Assembly (NCBI GenBank): GCA_943846675.1
Contig: OX044357.1
Location: 1,546,010 to 1,610,009, forward strand
Source: an uncultured Bacteroidia bacterium
GTDB lineage: Bacteria; Bacteroidota; Bacteroidia; NS11-12g; UBA9320
DNA: 64,000 nt
Reading direction: 5' to 3'
In this document: positions 38,913-48,958 of the stretch, in pieces
Layout of the letters: the number at the start of each line of letters is the position of its first letter
Position numbering within the stretch: the first letter of the stretch is position 1
Program-made: the position numbers and the translations under genes
The notes under the pieces: generated by a model
What the model was told of the DNA's origin: nothing
Seen by the model: the letters and a program-made list of their open reading frames with translations, nothing else
The model's database searches: none

Positions 38913-39314
38913 ATATACTAATGAACGCCAAAATTACATTGGCGATGAATAATTAACAATTAACAGTTGTCAACGGTTTCTGTTTGCCAAATATCGAAAT
39001 GTTCCAACGCTAATTGTCCATAAGGGCTTACCAGTCCTTTAACCTGGTTTTCTTTTTTTCCTTGATGAAAAAACGAAACAAAAAAATCAAGACTTCTGAA
39101 GTTTTCATCGATCTCTACAAAAGTCTTTTCTTCCCCGCAGCCAGAGCCGCTCCGCTTTCCTGCCTGCTTAGCTCTCGGCCGTCACTCAAAAACCTTTCTT
39201 GATTTCTACTGAACACTTCAAATGTCAATCTTAATCGAGCAATCATCAATTATCTAATCTCAATTCAATTAATCATTAGAAATTAAAAATTAACAATTCA
39301 CAATTCACTTATCT

Positions 39315-40289
39315 TTGTCTATGCCCGTGTCATACGAAACTCCATTAACCAAAATGTTAGGTATTAAATACCCAATCATTCAAGCACCTATGTTTTTGGT
39401 GAGTAATGTGGCGATGGTCAAAGCTGCAATTGATTCTGGCATTACGGGAGCCATTCCAGCATTAAATTACCGTACAATTGAAGAACTCGAGATGGCCATT
39501 CAAAGGCTAAAATCGGAGTGTAACGGGCCTTTTGGTATCAACCTCATTGTTAACAAATCCAACTTTAAATATCGTGAGCAGCTGGAAGTGTGCTGTCGTT
39601 TAAAGGTTGATTTTCTCATTACGAGTTTAGGTAGTCCGGAAGAAACTATACGCCAAGCACATAAGGCAGGCGTAAAAGTATTTTGTGATGTGACGACGGT
39701 AGAATATGCAAAAAAAGTGGAAGCCTTGGGCTGTGATGCCATTATTGCTGTAAACAAAGAAGCAGGTGGACATGCTGGTAATATTTCAAGTAAAGACTTT
39801 ATCCCACAATTAAAAGCCGCTTGTAACATTCCAATAATATCAGCTGGTGGAGTTGGTGATTACGACAGCCTGCAACAAGTTTTGGATACTGGCGCAGATG
39901 GTGTTTCGGTAGGTAGTATTTTTATCGCTACCGACGAAGCGCCTGTCAATATCGAATACAAACAAGCCATTGTTGATTATAAAGCAAGCGACATCGTAAT
40001 GACAACAAAGCTTTCTGGTAGCCCTTGTACAGTAATAAACACGCCATACGTTAAAGAAATAGGTACGCAGCAAAACAGTCTTGAGCGATTTCTAAATAAG
40101 AACAAACGTTTTAAGAAATGGATGAAGGCATTCACCTTTATTAAGGGCATGAAGAACTTGCAGAAAGCTGCTTTTAGCGCTACGTATAAGACGCTTTGGT
40201 GTGCCGGTCCAACTATAGAATATGTTGATAAAATTAAGCCTGTTAGAGAAGTCGTACAACAACTGATAACCCGCAATGGCAGCAAATAA
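39315..40289 (+). CDS. nitronate monooxygenase / FabK-like FMN-dependent oxidoreductase (NMO family)
   Basis: 324 aa with a TIM-barrel NMO pattern (IIQAPMFLVSN, GITGAIPA, SAGGVGDYDS...GADGVSVGSIF). Confidence 0.7.
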   Translation: MSMPVSYETPLTKMLGIKYPIIQAPMFLVSNVAMVKAAIDSGITGAIPALNYRTIEELEMAIQRLKSECNGPFGINLIVNKSNFKYREQLEVCCRLKVDFLITSLGSPEETIRQAHKAGVKVFCDVTTVEYAKKVEALGCDAIIAVNKEAGGHAGNISSKDFIPQLKAACNIPIISAGGVGDYDSLQQVLDTGADGVSVGSIFIATDEAPVNIEYKQAIVDYKASDIVMTTKLSGSPCTVINTPYVKEIGTQQNSLERFLNKNKRFKKWMKAFTFIKGMKNLQKAAFSATYKTLWCAGPTIEYVDKIKPVREVVQQLITRNGSK

Positions 40290-40746
40290 CGTTAGTAGTT
40301 TACAGTGGAAGTTGTTCTTGTTTGGCATTGTCAAAATTCCATTGATTGGGTTTTGCCGACCACGTGTACACGACGTTTCTGATACACATATATCGATCAA
40401 AATACCTTTAAAACGGCGCACGCGAAATCATGTTAAAAGCATGTATTTGGGCGTGATGAGTATCGGCGCAGATTTAGCCTCTGGTTTTCTTGCTTACCAT
40501 CTGCTACTAAATAGAAACTTGAATGCAGCACCTGTATTTAAAACCATGAAGGTTGAATACCTGAAAAGAGCCGAGTCTGATGTTTACTTCAATTGCAATG
40601 AAGGTGTAGCCATATCTGAAATGATAGACGAAATGGAACGTACTGGTGAACGTGTAAATAAGGTAGTTACCATCAACGCAATGTGTAACGACGAATGTGT
40701 GGCCATTTTTGAGATGGAACTCTCGATGAAGCTGAAACAGCCCTAG
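40276..40746 (+). CDS. hotdog-fold thioesterase-like protein (DUF4442-like)
   Basis: 156 aa. MYLGVMSIGADLASG resembles the PaaI/hotdog substrate-binding helix. It overlaps the previous gene by 14 nt. Confidence 0.4.
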   Translation: MAANNVSSLQWKLFLFGIVKIPLIGFCRPRVHDVSDTHISIKIPLKRRTRNHVKSMYLGVMSIGADLASGFLAYHLLLNRNLNAAPVFKTMKVEYLKRAESDVYFNCNEGVAISEMIDEMERTGERVNKVVTINAMCNDECVAIFEMELSMKLKQP

Positions 40747-41720
40747 TGGCTGCTATAGTCGATAATTACATTTCCAATTTTTTGACCTGATTCTACATAG
40801 GTATACGCGTCTTGAATGGACGTCATGGGATAAACGGTATCAATTAGTGGTTTAAATACACCTTTGCTCAGTAGGTCTATCATAATCTGAACGCTGCGTT
40901 TACAGTTGCTAGGAATTGGAAAAATAACGCGCTTTCCGCCCTTTAACTTAGTAATCACTGGCAAATAGAAGTTCTCTGCGCCTGGTCCTAATTCGCTTGA
41001 TATGTAGACACCAGTTGGTTTAAGCAATTTTTTGCATGGGTCAAATGAAGACTTTCCAACCGCATCAAAAACGAAATCATACTCAATCTCATCTACTGTA
41101 AAGTCTGTTTTTGTGTAGTCAATAGTTTTATCTGGGCCCAATGCCTCCAATGCAGTGACGTGGTTTGTGTCGGTTACAGCTGTTACTTGGGCACCCATGT
41201 TTTTTAGAAGTTGAATAGCGGCAGATCCTATTGCCCCAGTCCCTCCATTTACCAATACTTTCGACCCTTGATCAATCTTAACCTTGTTGATAAAGTTATA
41301 AGCATAATGAGCACCTTCTAAAGATGCTACGGCATCATTGAAACTTACATCTTCAGGAATTTGTTCAATAGCATCAGAGGCTTTAAACGTCATATATTCT
41401 CTTTGAGATGCGAGGCCAGCGTCTCGTAATCCAAAAACACGATCACCTACATTAAAACGGTCAACCATATTGCCAACTTGTTCGACAACGCCGGCAAAAT
41501 CAGTTCCCGGGGAGGAAGTAGAGGGTTTAAACAATCCTGAAAAAAAACGTATTAAAAAAGGTCGTCCTCGAAGGATGCCACAGTCTGTTCTGTTTACAGT
41601 TGTTCTTTGAACACGTATTAATACTTCATCTTTGTTTGGGAGTGGAGTGGTCTGTTCTTTTACAGATAAAACCTCCGGGCCACCATATTGGCTTCTAATT
41701 ACTGCGCGCATGTTGCGCAA
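40743..41720 (-). CDS. NADPH:quinone oxidoreductase / zinc-type alcohol dehydrogenase family (MDR superfamily)
   Basis: 325 aa with a Rossmann motif VLVNGGTGAIGSAAIQL and a GroES-like N-terminal domain. Confidence 0.75.
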   Translation of the reverse strand: MRNMRAVIRSQYGGPEVLSVKEQTTPLPNKDEVLIRVQRTTVNRTDCGILRGRPFLIRFFSGLFKPSTSSPGTDFAGVVEQVGNMVDRFNVGDRVFGLRDAGLASQREYMTFKASDAIEQIPEDVSFNDAVASLEGAHYAYNFINKVKIDQGSKVLVNGGTGAIGSAAIQLLKNMGAQVTAVTDTNHVTALEALGPDKTIDYTKTDFTVDEIEYDFVFDAVGKSSFDPCKKLLKPTGVYISSELGPGAENFYLPVITKLKGGKRVIFPIPSNCKRSVQIMIDLLSKGVFKPLIDTVYPMTSIQDAYTYVESGQKIGNVIIDYSSH

Positions 41721-41842
41721 TTTAACAAAGCAAAGGTTGTTAAGGCTCTAAATATCCTTAAATGACAAAATGTTTATACAAATGTTGGGTTTTAAAGTTA
41801 GCGCACGTGTACCGTAATGAAATTGAAGAGTAACTTTGACCA

Positions 41843-43726
41843 GTGAATTACGTTTCGGTAGAAAATCTAGAAAAAAACCTTGGTGAACGCATTCTCTTTT
41901 CTGACTTAAACTTTGGTTTGAGTAAAGGAGATAAGATGGCTTTAGTGGCCAATAATGGCACAGGTAAATCAAGTCTGTTGAAGATTATGACTGGGAAAGA
42001 TCAACCCAGCGCAGGCAAGGTGGTGTTCCGCAATGGTATTCGATTTGGTTTTCTAGAACAAGAGCCAGATTTTAATGAGTCAGTGACCATTTCTGAACTC
42101 ATACGCACGGCCAATTCTGAGATGTTGGAGATAATTTCCAGTTACCATAACGTGTTAGAGAACCAAGCGGAAAACTATTCTAGTCAAGACCAAAAAGCAT
42201 TAGACGATGCTATGGCAAAGATGGATGAATTTGGCGCTTGGGATTATGAAAGACGATTAAACGAAATACTCACCAAGTTTGAAATTGAAGACCAAACACA
42301 ACAGGTAGCTACACTTTCTGGCGGCCAAAAAAAGCGATTGGCGCTTGCACTTGCCTTACTAGACGAGCCAGACGTGCTCATTTTAGATGAGCCAACCAAC
42401 CATTTGGATGTGGCCATGATTGAATGGTTGGAGCAATACCTCAGTAGATCGGGGTTAACACTATTTATGGTTACGCACGATCGGTATTTCTTAGAAAATG
42501 TATGCAATGTTATTCTAGAGTTACATCACGGCAAGCTGTATACCCATCACGGCAATTATTCATTTTTCCTACAGAAAAGAGCAGAGCGAGAAGAGGTAAA
42601 CCGTATAGAAATTGAAAAAGCAGGTAAAAAGGTTAAGACCGAAATTGATTGGATAAGACGGATGCCGAAGGCACGTGGGACCAAATCAAAGGCAAGGATT
42701 CAGAAGTTTCACGAAACCGAGGCGATCTCGAGAAGTGGGCATAAAGACCAGGAGCTCAAACTCCAAGTGAAGATGAGTCGGGTTGGCGGCAAAATATTGG
42801 AATTGAAAAAAGTGTACAAGTCTTACGATGCTTTGAAAATTGTTCAAGGCTTTGATTATACCTTTAAAAATAGCGAACGCATCGGTATTGTTGGGCCAAA
42901 CGGAGTGGGGAAGTCCACATTCTTGAACATGCTATGTGGTATAGAAGAACCTGACTCCGGAAAAATAAACACAGGTGATACGGTTGTTTTTGGATACTAC
43001 AATCAGCAAGGACTGGCGTTTGAGCCAGAAATGAAAGTCATCGATGTACTGCGTGAATATGCTGAAGTGATTGAGTTGGGTGATGGTTCGAAACTAACGG
43101 CTTCACAGTTTCTAAATCACTTTATGTTTCCGCCCAAGATGCAACACAATCCGGTTAGCAAATTAAGTGGGGGAGAGAAGCGCCGGTTGCATTTGATGAC
43201 GGTGCTTATAAAGAATCCTAATTTTCTAATTTTAGATGAGCCTACCAACGATTTAGATTTGTTAACACTAAACAAACTAGAAGACTTCCTTTTGCAGTTT
43301 GGCGGGTGTTTGATTATTGTTTCTCATGATAGATACTTCATGGACACGCTGGTAGATCATTTATTCATTTTTAAGGGAAAGGGAGAGATTAAAGATTTTA
43401 ACGGTTCGTATCAAGACTATCAAGCATACATTCAGGCTGAGCAAGAAGAAGCAAAGGTCGACGTAGAAGAAAAAACGGATTGGAAGAAAGATCAAAAAAA
43501 GGAAGAGGTTAAGACCAAATTAACGTTTAAAGAGCGTTTCGAATTTGAAGCCTTAGGTAAGGAGGTTGAAAGTTTGGAAGTTGAGAAAAAAGAATTGGAG
43601 GCCTTTATGATCAGCGGAGAAACGGATTATAATCTCTTGCAGGACAAAGCGCAACGTTTGGAATCAGTCATTCAAGAATTGGATGAAAAAGGCATGCGGT
43701 GGTTGGAACTGTCTGAGTTTGATTGA
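41843..43726 (+). CDS. ABC-F family ATPase (tandem ABC domains, no TMD; EttA/Uup-like)
   Basis: 627 aa with two Walker A motifs (NNGTGKSS, GPNGVGKST), two signature motifs (LSGGQKKRLALA, LSGGEKRRLHLM) and a charged C-terminal coiled-coil. It probably starts at GTG. Confidence 0.9.
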   Translation: MNYVSVENLEKNLGERILFSDLNFGLSKGDKMALVANNGTGKSSLLKIMTGKDQPSAGKVVFRNGIRFGFLEQEPDFNESVTISELIRTANSEMLEIISSYHNVLENQAENYSSQDQKALDDAMAKMDEFGAWDYERRLNEILTKFEIEDQTQQVATLSGGQKKRLALALALLDEPDVLILDEPTNHLDVAMIEWLEQYLSRSGLTLFMVTHDRYFLENVCNVILELHHGKLYTHHGNYSFFLQKRAEREEVNRIEIEKAGKKVKTEIDWIRRMPKARGTKSKARIQKFHETEAISRSGHKDQELKLQVKMSRVGGKILELKKVYKSYDALKIVQGFDYTFKNSERIGIVGPNGVGKSTFLNMLCGIEEPDSGKINTGDTVVFGYYNQQGLAFEPEMKVIDVLREYAEVIELGDGSKLTASQFLNHFMFPPKMQHNPVSKLSGGEKRRLHLMTVLIKNPNFLILDEPTNDLDLLTLNKLEDFLLQFGGCLIIVSHDRYFMDTLVDHLFIFKGKGEIKDFNGSYQDYQAYIQAEQEEAKVDVEEKTDWKKDQKKEEVKTKLTFKERFEFEALGKEVESLEVEKKELEAFMISGETDYNLLQDKAQRLESVIQELDEKGMRWLELSEFD

Positions 43727-43815
43727 TTAGTCTATGGATTAAACTAGTCCGATTGTCTATAACAATCCGCTAATCTTTTATTAAATATTAGGTTTAAATC
43801 TTTAATGAACGCAAC

Positions 43816-44340
43816 ATGAAAAGATTTGCAAACACACTAGTTATTGTTCTTTTAGGACTTTCGTCAATGTCTCAAGGTGTTAATGTACACAATCAGGTTT
43901 AAAATTCATCTCCGATTGGCGACTTCCATTTTTGGATTGGTCAATGGAAAACAGAAGCAAGTGTTCCACCAACTTGGGATATTAAATTAGGCGTAGACAG
44001 CGTCAGGTACTTGCTTAACGGAACGTTAATTGAAGAAGTTTTTACAAAAGATTCTGGTGTAAATTTTCAACGGGGGTATTTGTTTTATTTAAAAAGAGAG
44101 GGGCGACGGAGACATACGGTTTACGATGTTAAATGGGGAGAATACTCTTTTTAACGTAACAAAGAAGGAGACGACTTGGTGCTCCATTCTGACCGGAAGA
44201 GTTCGCGGCTTGGTTAGCGTAAGGAAACATTCTACAATATCACGGACAAAACTTTTGATTATAAATGGGAAACTTCGAATGATGGTGGTGAATCTTGGAC
44301 AGCTATGTGGAAGGTTCACTATACAAGGAAGGTCGATTCT
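43816..44340 (+). pseudogene. decayed gene for a small secreted protein, with an in-frame stop plus two frame changes
   Basis: A signal peptide MKRFANTLVIVLLGLSSMSQG is followed by TAA at 43899. The frame then continues in-frame as FHFWIGQWKTEASVPPTWDIKLGVDSVRYLLNGTLIEEVFTKDSG... Another frame reads FYNITDKTFDYKWETSNDGGESWTAMWKVHYTRKVDS*. These are protein-like segments in three frames. Confidence 0.45.
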
Positions 44341-44456
44341 TAAAACAAAGGAGGTGAAGATGCCGAACACAAAAGAAATTGGCCTAAACTAAATCTGTCG
44401 GATAAAAAGTTATAATATGCGGCAATCTTAATTCAACAAAAAGTCAAAAATCTCAT

Positions 44457-46004
44457 ATGACAAAAAGCCCCAAAACATTTTTGAGTTATACTGCCGTACT
44501 TACTTTTTTTGTATTGGTTTGTGCCTCTTGCAACTCCAAAAAGCCTGAAACTGCTGCAACTGATTTCTGCGATAGTATTCATCGGAATGATTCAATAAGT
44601 TTAACCAGTGAACTTGAAGGCATTTCTAACAAAATGGACTCATTAACAGGTGTTTATGTGCTTGAAGATGGCAGTGGTTCCATGGTAGCACGCGCATGGC
44701 TAAGTGAATATGCTGAAAAGACTATCGACATTCAATACTTTATTTTTTCAATGGACAATGTTGGACTCATTGCTTGTGATTACTTAATTCGGGCCGCTGA
44801 TCGCGGAGTGAAAGTAAGAATTATTGTAGATGACATAATGGTTGGTGCCGACATACAAGATATACTTTCTTTTAATTCTCATGAAAACATATCGGTAAAG
44901 ATTTACAACCCTGGTGTTAATCTTGGTAAGAACTTGTTTCAGAAGATTAAAACGTTCACAACAGATTTTAAATCTGCCAATCAAAGAATGCACAATAAAG
45001 CGTTTGTAGTGGATGGTAAACTTGTGATAACAGGTGGCCGAAATATTGCTGATGAATATTTTGATTATGACCATGAATATAATTTTAGAGATAGAGACAT
45101 TCTTTTAATGGGGGAAGCTTCAAACCAAGTGAATCTTTCCTTTGAGGAATTCTGGGACAGTGATTTGAGTCAAAACGTAACGGATGTTATCGAAGAAGAT
45201 AAAGAAACTACCTACCCTGAAAATAGATTTGATGCACTCCACGAATATGCCTGCAATCCAGATAATTTTTGGCCACAAGTGAGAGAAAGAATTGCAAAAT
45301 TACCAACGACATTTAAGTCAATCTTAAACTCTGGAGATCTTGTTTGGTTAGACAGTATTGAATATATATCAGACGTTCCTGGTAAGAATGATAGTACCGG
45401 TTTAAACGGGGGAGGTGTGACAACTTCGGCCCTCATTGAGCTGGTTAAAAAGGCCAAATACTCCATTGAGATTCAAACACCATACTTGATTACTTCCGAA
45501 CTCAGTCGAAATCTATTCAAAGAAGCAGTTGAACGTGGTGTTAAAATCAGGATACTCACCAACAGCCTTGCATCAACGGACAATGTCGAAGCATTTAGCA
45601 GCTATCAATCTAGTCGAGAAGAATTACTAGAAACAGGTGTGCGCATATTTGAGTTTCGTCCTGATGCGGCAGAGCGAACTAAAATAATGACTGGCGAGCT
45701 GCAGGAATCATTGGAACATAAACCCGTTTTTGGGCTTCATGCAAAATCGATGGTTATTGACAATGAGATTACCGTAATTGGGACATTCAACCTTGATCCA
45801 AGAAGTGCAAACCTGAATACAGAATGTATAGTGGTTGTTCGATCTGACAAGGTTTCTGAGGGTGTCTTGGCAGGGATGGAAACGGAGTTTAGCGAAGGAA
45901 ATTCTTGGGAAACCACCATGGAGTACAATCCAGATTCGGAAGTTAGTAGAGGCAAGCGTGTAAAAACATGGACACGAAAAATTATTCCACAAGAGATTTT
46001 GTAA
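44457..46004 (+). CDS. phospholipase D / cardiolipin-synthase-like protein with two HKD motifs (lipoprotein)
   Basis: 515 aa with a lipobox (VCASC) and two HKD motifs (HNKAFVVDGKLVITGGRNIADEY and HAKSMVIDNEITVIGTFNLDPRS). Confidence 0.8.
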   Translation: MTKSPKTFLSYTAVLTFFVLVCASCNSKKPETAATDFCDSIHRNDSISLTSELEGISNKMDSLTGVYVLEDGSGSMVARAWLSEYAEKTIDIQYFIFSMDNVGLIACDYLIRAADRGVKVRIIVDDIMVGADIQDILSFNSHENISVKIYNPGVNLGKNLFQKIKTFTTDFKSANQRMHNKAFVVDGKLVITGGRNIADEYFDYDHEYNFRDRDILLMGEASNQVNLSFEEFWDSDLSQNVTDVIEEDKETTYPENRFDALHEYACNPDNFWPQVRERIAKLPTTFKSILNSGDLVWLDSIEYISDVPGKNDSTGLNGGGVTTSALIELVKKAKYSIEIQTPYLITSELSRNLFKEAVERGVKIRILTNSLASTDNVEAFSSYQSSREELLETGVRIFEFRPDAAERTKIMTGELQESLEHKPVFGLHAKSMVIDNEITVIGTFNLDPRSANLNTECIVVVRSDKVSEGVLAGMETEFSEGNSWETTMEYNPDSEVSRGKRVKTWTRKIIPQEIL

Positions 46005-46047
46005 CTTAGCTTCCGAGCACAATTCAACGGATTAATCTGAACTTAAA

Positions 46048-46728
46048 ATGAAAGAACCTCTTGTCCTTTTACATGGCGCATTAGGATGTAAAGACCAACT
46101 GGTCGACTTGGAATCTCGTCTCGAGTCTGTGTTTGAAGTCCATGCAATCAACTTTGAAGGCCATGGAGGAGTAGTGTCAAACAAAACATTGTCTATTGAC
46201 TTATTTACGGGCAATGTCTTAGACTATTGTGCTGCGAAAGGGCTTGAATCCATTGCCATATTTGGCTACAGTATGGGTGGATACGTAGCACTAAATCTAG
46301 CAGTAAGAAGACCAAACCTTGTAAACAAGATTTACACGTTGGGAACAAAATTTGATTGGAGCATGGAGTCCGCTCAAAAGGAAGTGAAGATGCTTAACCC
46401 AGAAAAAATTGAAGAAAAGGTGTCGCACTTTGCTAATCATTTAAAGCAACTTCACCATCCTCAAGATTGGCGGGCGATAATGACTAAAACCGCGGAAATG
46501 ATGCTCAGTATGGCCAAAGGAGCGAAGTTGTTTGAACGTGATTTTAAACGAATAGAACAGCAAGTAGTAATAGGGATTGGTAGTCAAGATTATATGGTTA
46601 CGTATGAGGAATCAGAACAGGTCGCAGCGATGCTGGTAAATGCCAAACTTGTGAGATTAGACGGTGTTCCACATCCGATTGAAAAAGTTGATGTAAGTGT
46701 TTTGGTGGATTATGTTTTACAGAACTAG
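46048..46728 (+). CDS. alpha/beta-hydrolase fold protein
   Basis: 226 aa with a nucleophile elbow GYSMGG and an HGALG N-terminus. Confidence 0.7.
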   Translation: MKEPLVLLHGALGCKDQLVDLESRLESVFEVHAINFEGHGGVVSNKTLSIDLFTGNVLDYCAAKGLESIAIFGYSMGGYVALNLAVRRPNLVNKIYTLGTKFDWSMESAQKEVKMLNPEKIEEKVSHFANHLKQLHHPQDWRAIMTKTAEMMLSMAKGAKLFERDFKRIEQQVVIGIGSQDYMVTYEESEQVAAMLVNAKLVRLDGVPHPIEKVDVSVLVDYVLQN

Positions 46729-46736
46729 CCAGAACA

Positions 46737-47246
46737 GTGTGTGATATGCAAATACGATTCAAACAAATAGTTGTTGACGATAAAGCAGCCGTTCTTGCAT
46801 TATTCAAAAGATCTGCTGAGAAAATTAAGCGAATGCAGGTTAATCACTGGCAATATTGGAATAATCCACCTGCAGATAAGATCAAATGGGTCGAAGAAGG
46901 CATCCATAACAGCGAGTTCTTCTATATATTCGTTGAAGGTGTCAATGTCGGTATGGTTCGAATTCTTGACGAGGATTTACCCTATTGGGGCAGGCAAGAT
47001 GAGAAAGCAAAGTATATTCACTCGTTAGTCGTTAGAGAACAATTTAACGGCAAAGGCATTGGTAACGCAGCGATAAAGGCTGTTGGGGCTATGGCACAAG
47101 AGAATAACTGCAAGTATATTCGGTTAGATGCCGATTCCGAAAATCCAAAACTCTGTGAATACTATGAAAATCAAGGATTCAAGAAGGTTGGGACAAAAAC
47201 ATTGACATTGTCTACCTATATTCTGTATCAGAAGGAACTGACCTGA
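46737..47246 (+). CDS. GNAT family N-acetyltransferase
   Basis: 169 aa with the acetyl-CoA binding motif VREQFNGKGIGNAAIKAV. Confidence 0.7.
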   Translation: MCDMQIRFKQIVVDDKAAVLALFKRSAEKIKRMQVNHWQYWNNPPADKIKWVEEGIHNSEFFYIFVEGVNVGMVRILDEDLPYWGRQDEKAKYIHSLVVREQFNGKGIGNAAIKAVGAMAQENNCKYIRLDADSENPKLCEYYENQGFKKVGTKTLTLSTYILYQKELT

Positions 47247-47373
47247 AATGAGTGAGGTGTTTAGGCGTTCAATTGAGCCTTGCCGTACAAATCACTTTAT
47301 TGTATTTTACCGTCGAACATAAACGCTCATTCTATATACACGAAACGAGGAGGGCCAGTGTAGTTTATCAAAA

Positions 47374-47593
47374 ATGACAGATGCAAGGAAAATTCACAGG
47401 TCTCTGGCTATTAAACCGTTAGTCGACTACTTCAATGGTATTATGCCGTTACAAGCTCCAAAGGAACGGTTAAAATTCTTGCCAATGGAATGGAAGCACC
47501 CGAAGCAAATAGAGAGTTATTTGTATTAGAAAAAATAAAGGGTAGCTGGAAAATTGCACGATACATGTTTAATAAGACAGAACCCAAAGGATA
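47374..47593 (+). pseudogene. frameshifted remnant of an NTF2-like (SnoaL/DUF4440-like) protein
   Basis: Frame A reads MTDARKIHRSLAIKPLVDYFNGIMPLQAPKERLKF... Frame B reads ...VKILANGMEAPEANRELFVLEKIKGSWKIARYMFNKTEPKG*. The tail is typical of NTF2-like proteins, and the frames switch near 47470. Confidence 0.35.
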
Positions 47594-47751
47594 GTGCTAT
47601 CACCCTTACAAGTGATATGTATGATTGTTTGTTGACCTCGTATGGCTATGTTGTAAACGACTGGAGAGCCAAATAAGTAGGATAGAGAGTATTGGTAAAA
47701 TTGGTAACAACGAATTATAGCTTGCACGTATTACTTATTTGATTTGTTCGA

Positions 47752-47833
47752 AGGCATGCACCATGGCAAAAGAACCAAACGACCATTGCCTAAACTAAAA
47801 TTGATACTACTTCATACGTGCATGCCTTTTTTA
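47752..47833 (+). promoter_or_regulatory. long-range hairpin + T6 (terminator or attenuator-like element) 37 nt upstream of the class D beta-lactamase gene
   Basis: aggcatgcac (47752..47761) pairs perfectly with gtgcatgcct (47818..47827) across a 56-nt loop and is followed by tttttt. Confidence 0.45.
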
Positions 47834-47869
47834 GGAAACTTGGTTAAATTGTAGCCACATACAGCACAT

Positions 47870-48781
47870 ATGAATCCAACTTCTTTTTTGACTTTCGCTA
47901 TTGTCTTATTTACAACAGTTACGGCTTGCAATTTTAAAAGCAGAGAAGAACGCAAGAGTGCCCAAATGGAAGAACTGTCCGTCCTTGAGAATAAAATAGA
48001 AGAACTGGAGGATAGAATAGGGAATAAGACAACAAAACGAATCGATGTCAAAGGGTTTGGCGATATTATCGACAGCAACGACCTGAGCGGGTCAATCGTT
48101 TTTTTTGAAGAAAGTACGAATACCTGGTTTAGTAACGATTTTGATTGGGCAGACAAGAGGAGACTACCTGCTTCCACGTTTAAAATTGTTAATTCTATTA
48201 TTGGACTGGAAACCAACGTAGTCTCCGACACCGGCATACAGTTTAAATGGGATAGCAGTCAAGATCGACGAAAAATGTGGCGTAAAGACTTTGACTTACA
48301 TGGGGCCTTTCATGCGTCTTGTTTACCTTGTTATCAAGAGCTGGCAACAAACGTTGGTTTGGAAACTATGCAGCAATATGTGGATCGACTATCCTATGGC
48401 GATATGATTGTGGATTCCAGTTCATTGGATAATTTCTGGATAAAGGGTGAATCAGGTGTTAGTCAGGTCGAACAAATCGACTTCTTGCAGCGGTTATATA
48501 ATCACCAACTACCGGTCAGTGTTTCTACAATAGATAAAATGAAAAAGCTAATGGTTATTGATTCCAATGCCAACTACAAATTAAGTGGCAAAACGGGTTG
48601 GGGTTTTCACAATGACCAAGATAATGGCTGGTTTGTGGGGTACATAGAAAAGGACGACAATACGTATTTCTTTGCCACAAATGTGACGCCAAAAGAAACG
48701 TTTAATATGTCTCTGTTTGCCAAGATGCGCAGCCTTGTGACCATGCAGGCATTTGAACTTTTAGGCACATTGCCTGACTAA
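47870..48781 (+). CDS. class D (OXA-type) beta-lactamase, lipoprotein-like N-terminus
   Basis: 303 aa with the class D motifs PASTFKI (S-x-x-K), YGD (YGN equivalent), SGKTGWG (KTG) and FWIKG (W-x-x-G). It aligns in order to OXA-10-like enzymes (WD..KR...W..D.......A..YQ.LA...GLE.M...V.R..YG...). Confidence 0.8.
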   Translation: MNPTSFLTFAIVLFTTVTACNFKSREERKSAQMEELSVLENKIEELEDRIGNKTTKRIDVKGFGDIIDSNDLSGSIVFFEESTNTWFSNDFDWADKRRLPASTFKIVNSIIGLETNVVSDTGIQFKWDSSQDRRKMWRKDFDLHGAFHASCLPCYQELATNVGLETMQQYVDRLSYGDMIVDSSSLDNFWIKGESGVSQVEQIDFLQRLYNHQLPVSVSTIDKMKKLMVIDSNANYKLSGKTGWGFHNDQDNGWFVGYIEKDDNTYFFATNVTPKETFNMSLFAKMRSLVTMQAFELLGTLPD

Positions 48782-48958
48782 TTTCAGGATCTTATGGTTA
48801 TTCTGGCTAGGTCCAACTTTATTCAAGTAATAGAATGCTCGGATGATGCTCACTTTAGCTCTATCCAGTCTATTTTCTATACTCTATGTTCTTTTTTCTG
48901 TTGTACGGAGCAGAATAGCTGCCTACAATTTCCATTGGCTAGTAGCAAATTCTTATAT

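Noticed and set aside
47812-48237. 141-aa minus-strand ORF
   Set aside because: It overlaps the start and first third of the well-supported class D beta-lactamase gene on the opposite strand and has no recognisable motifs.
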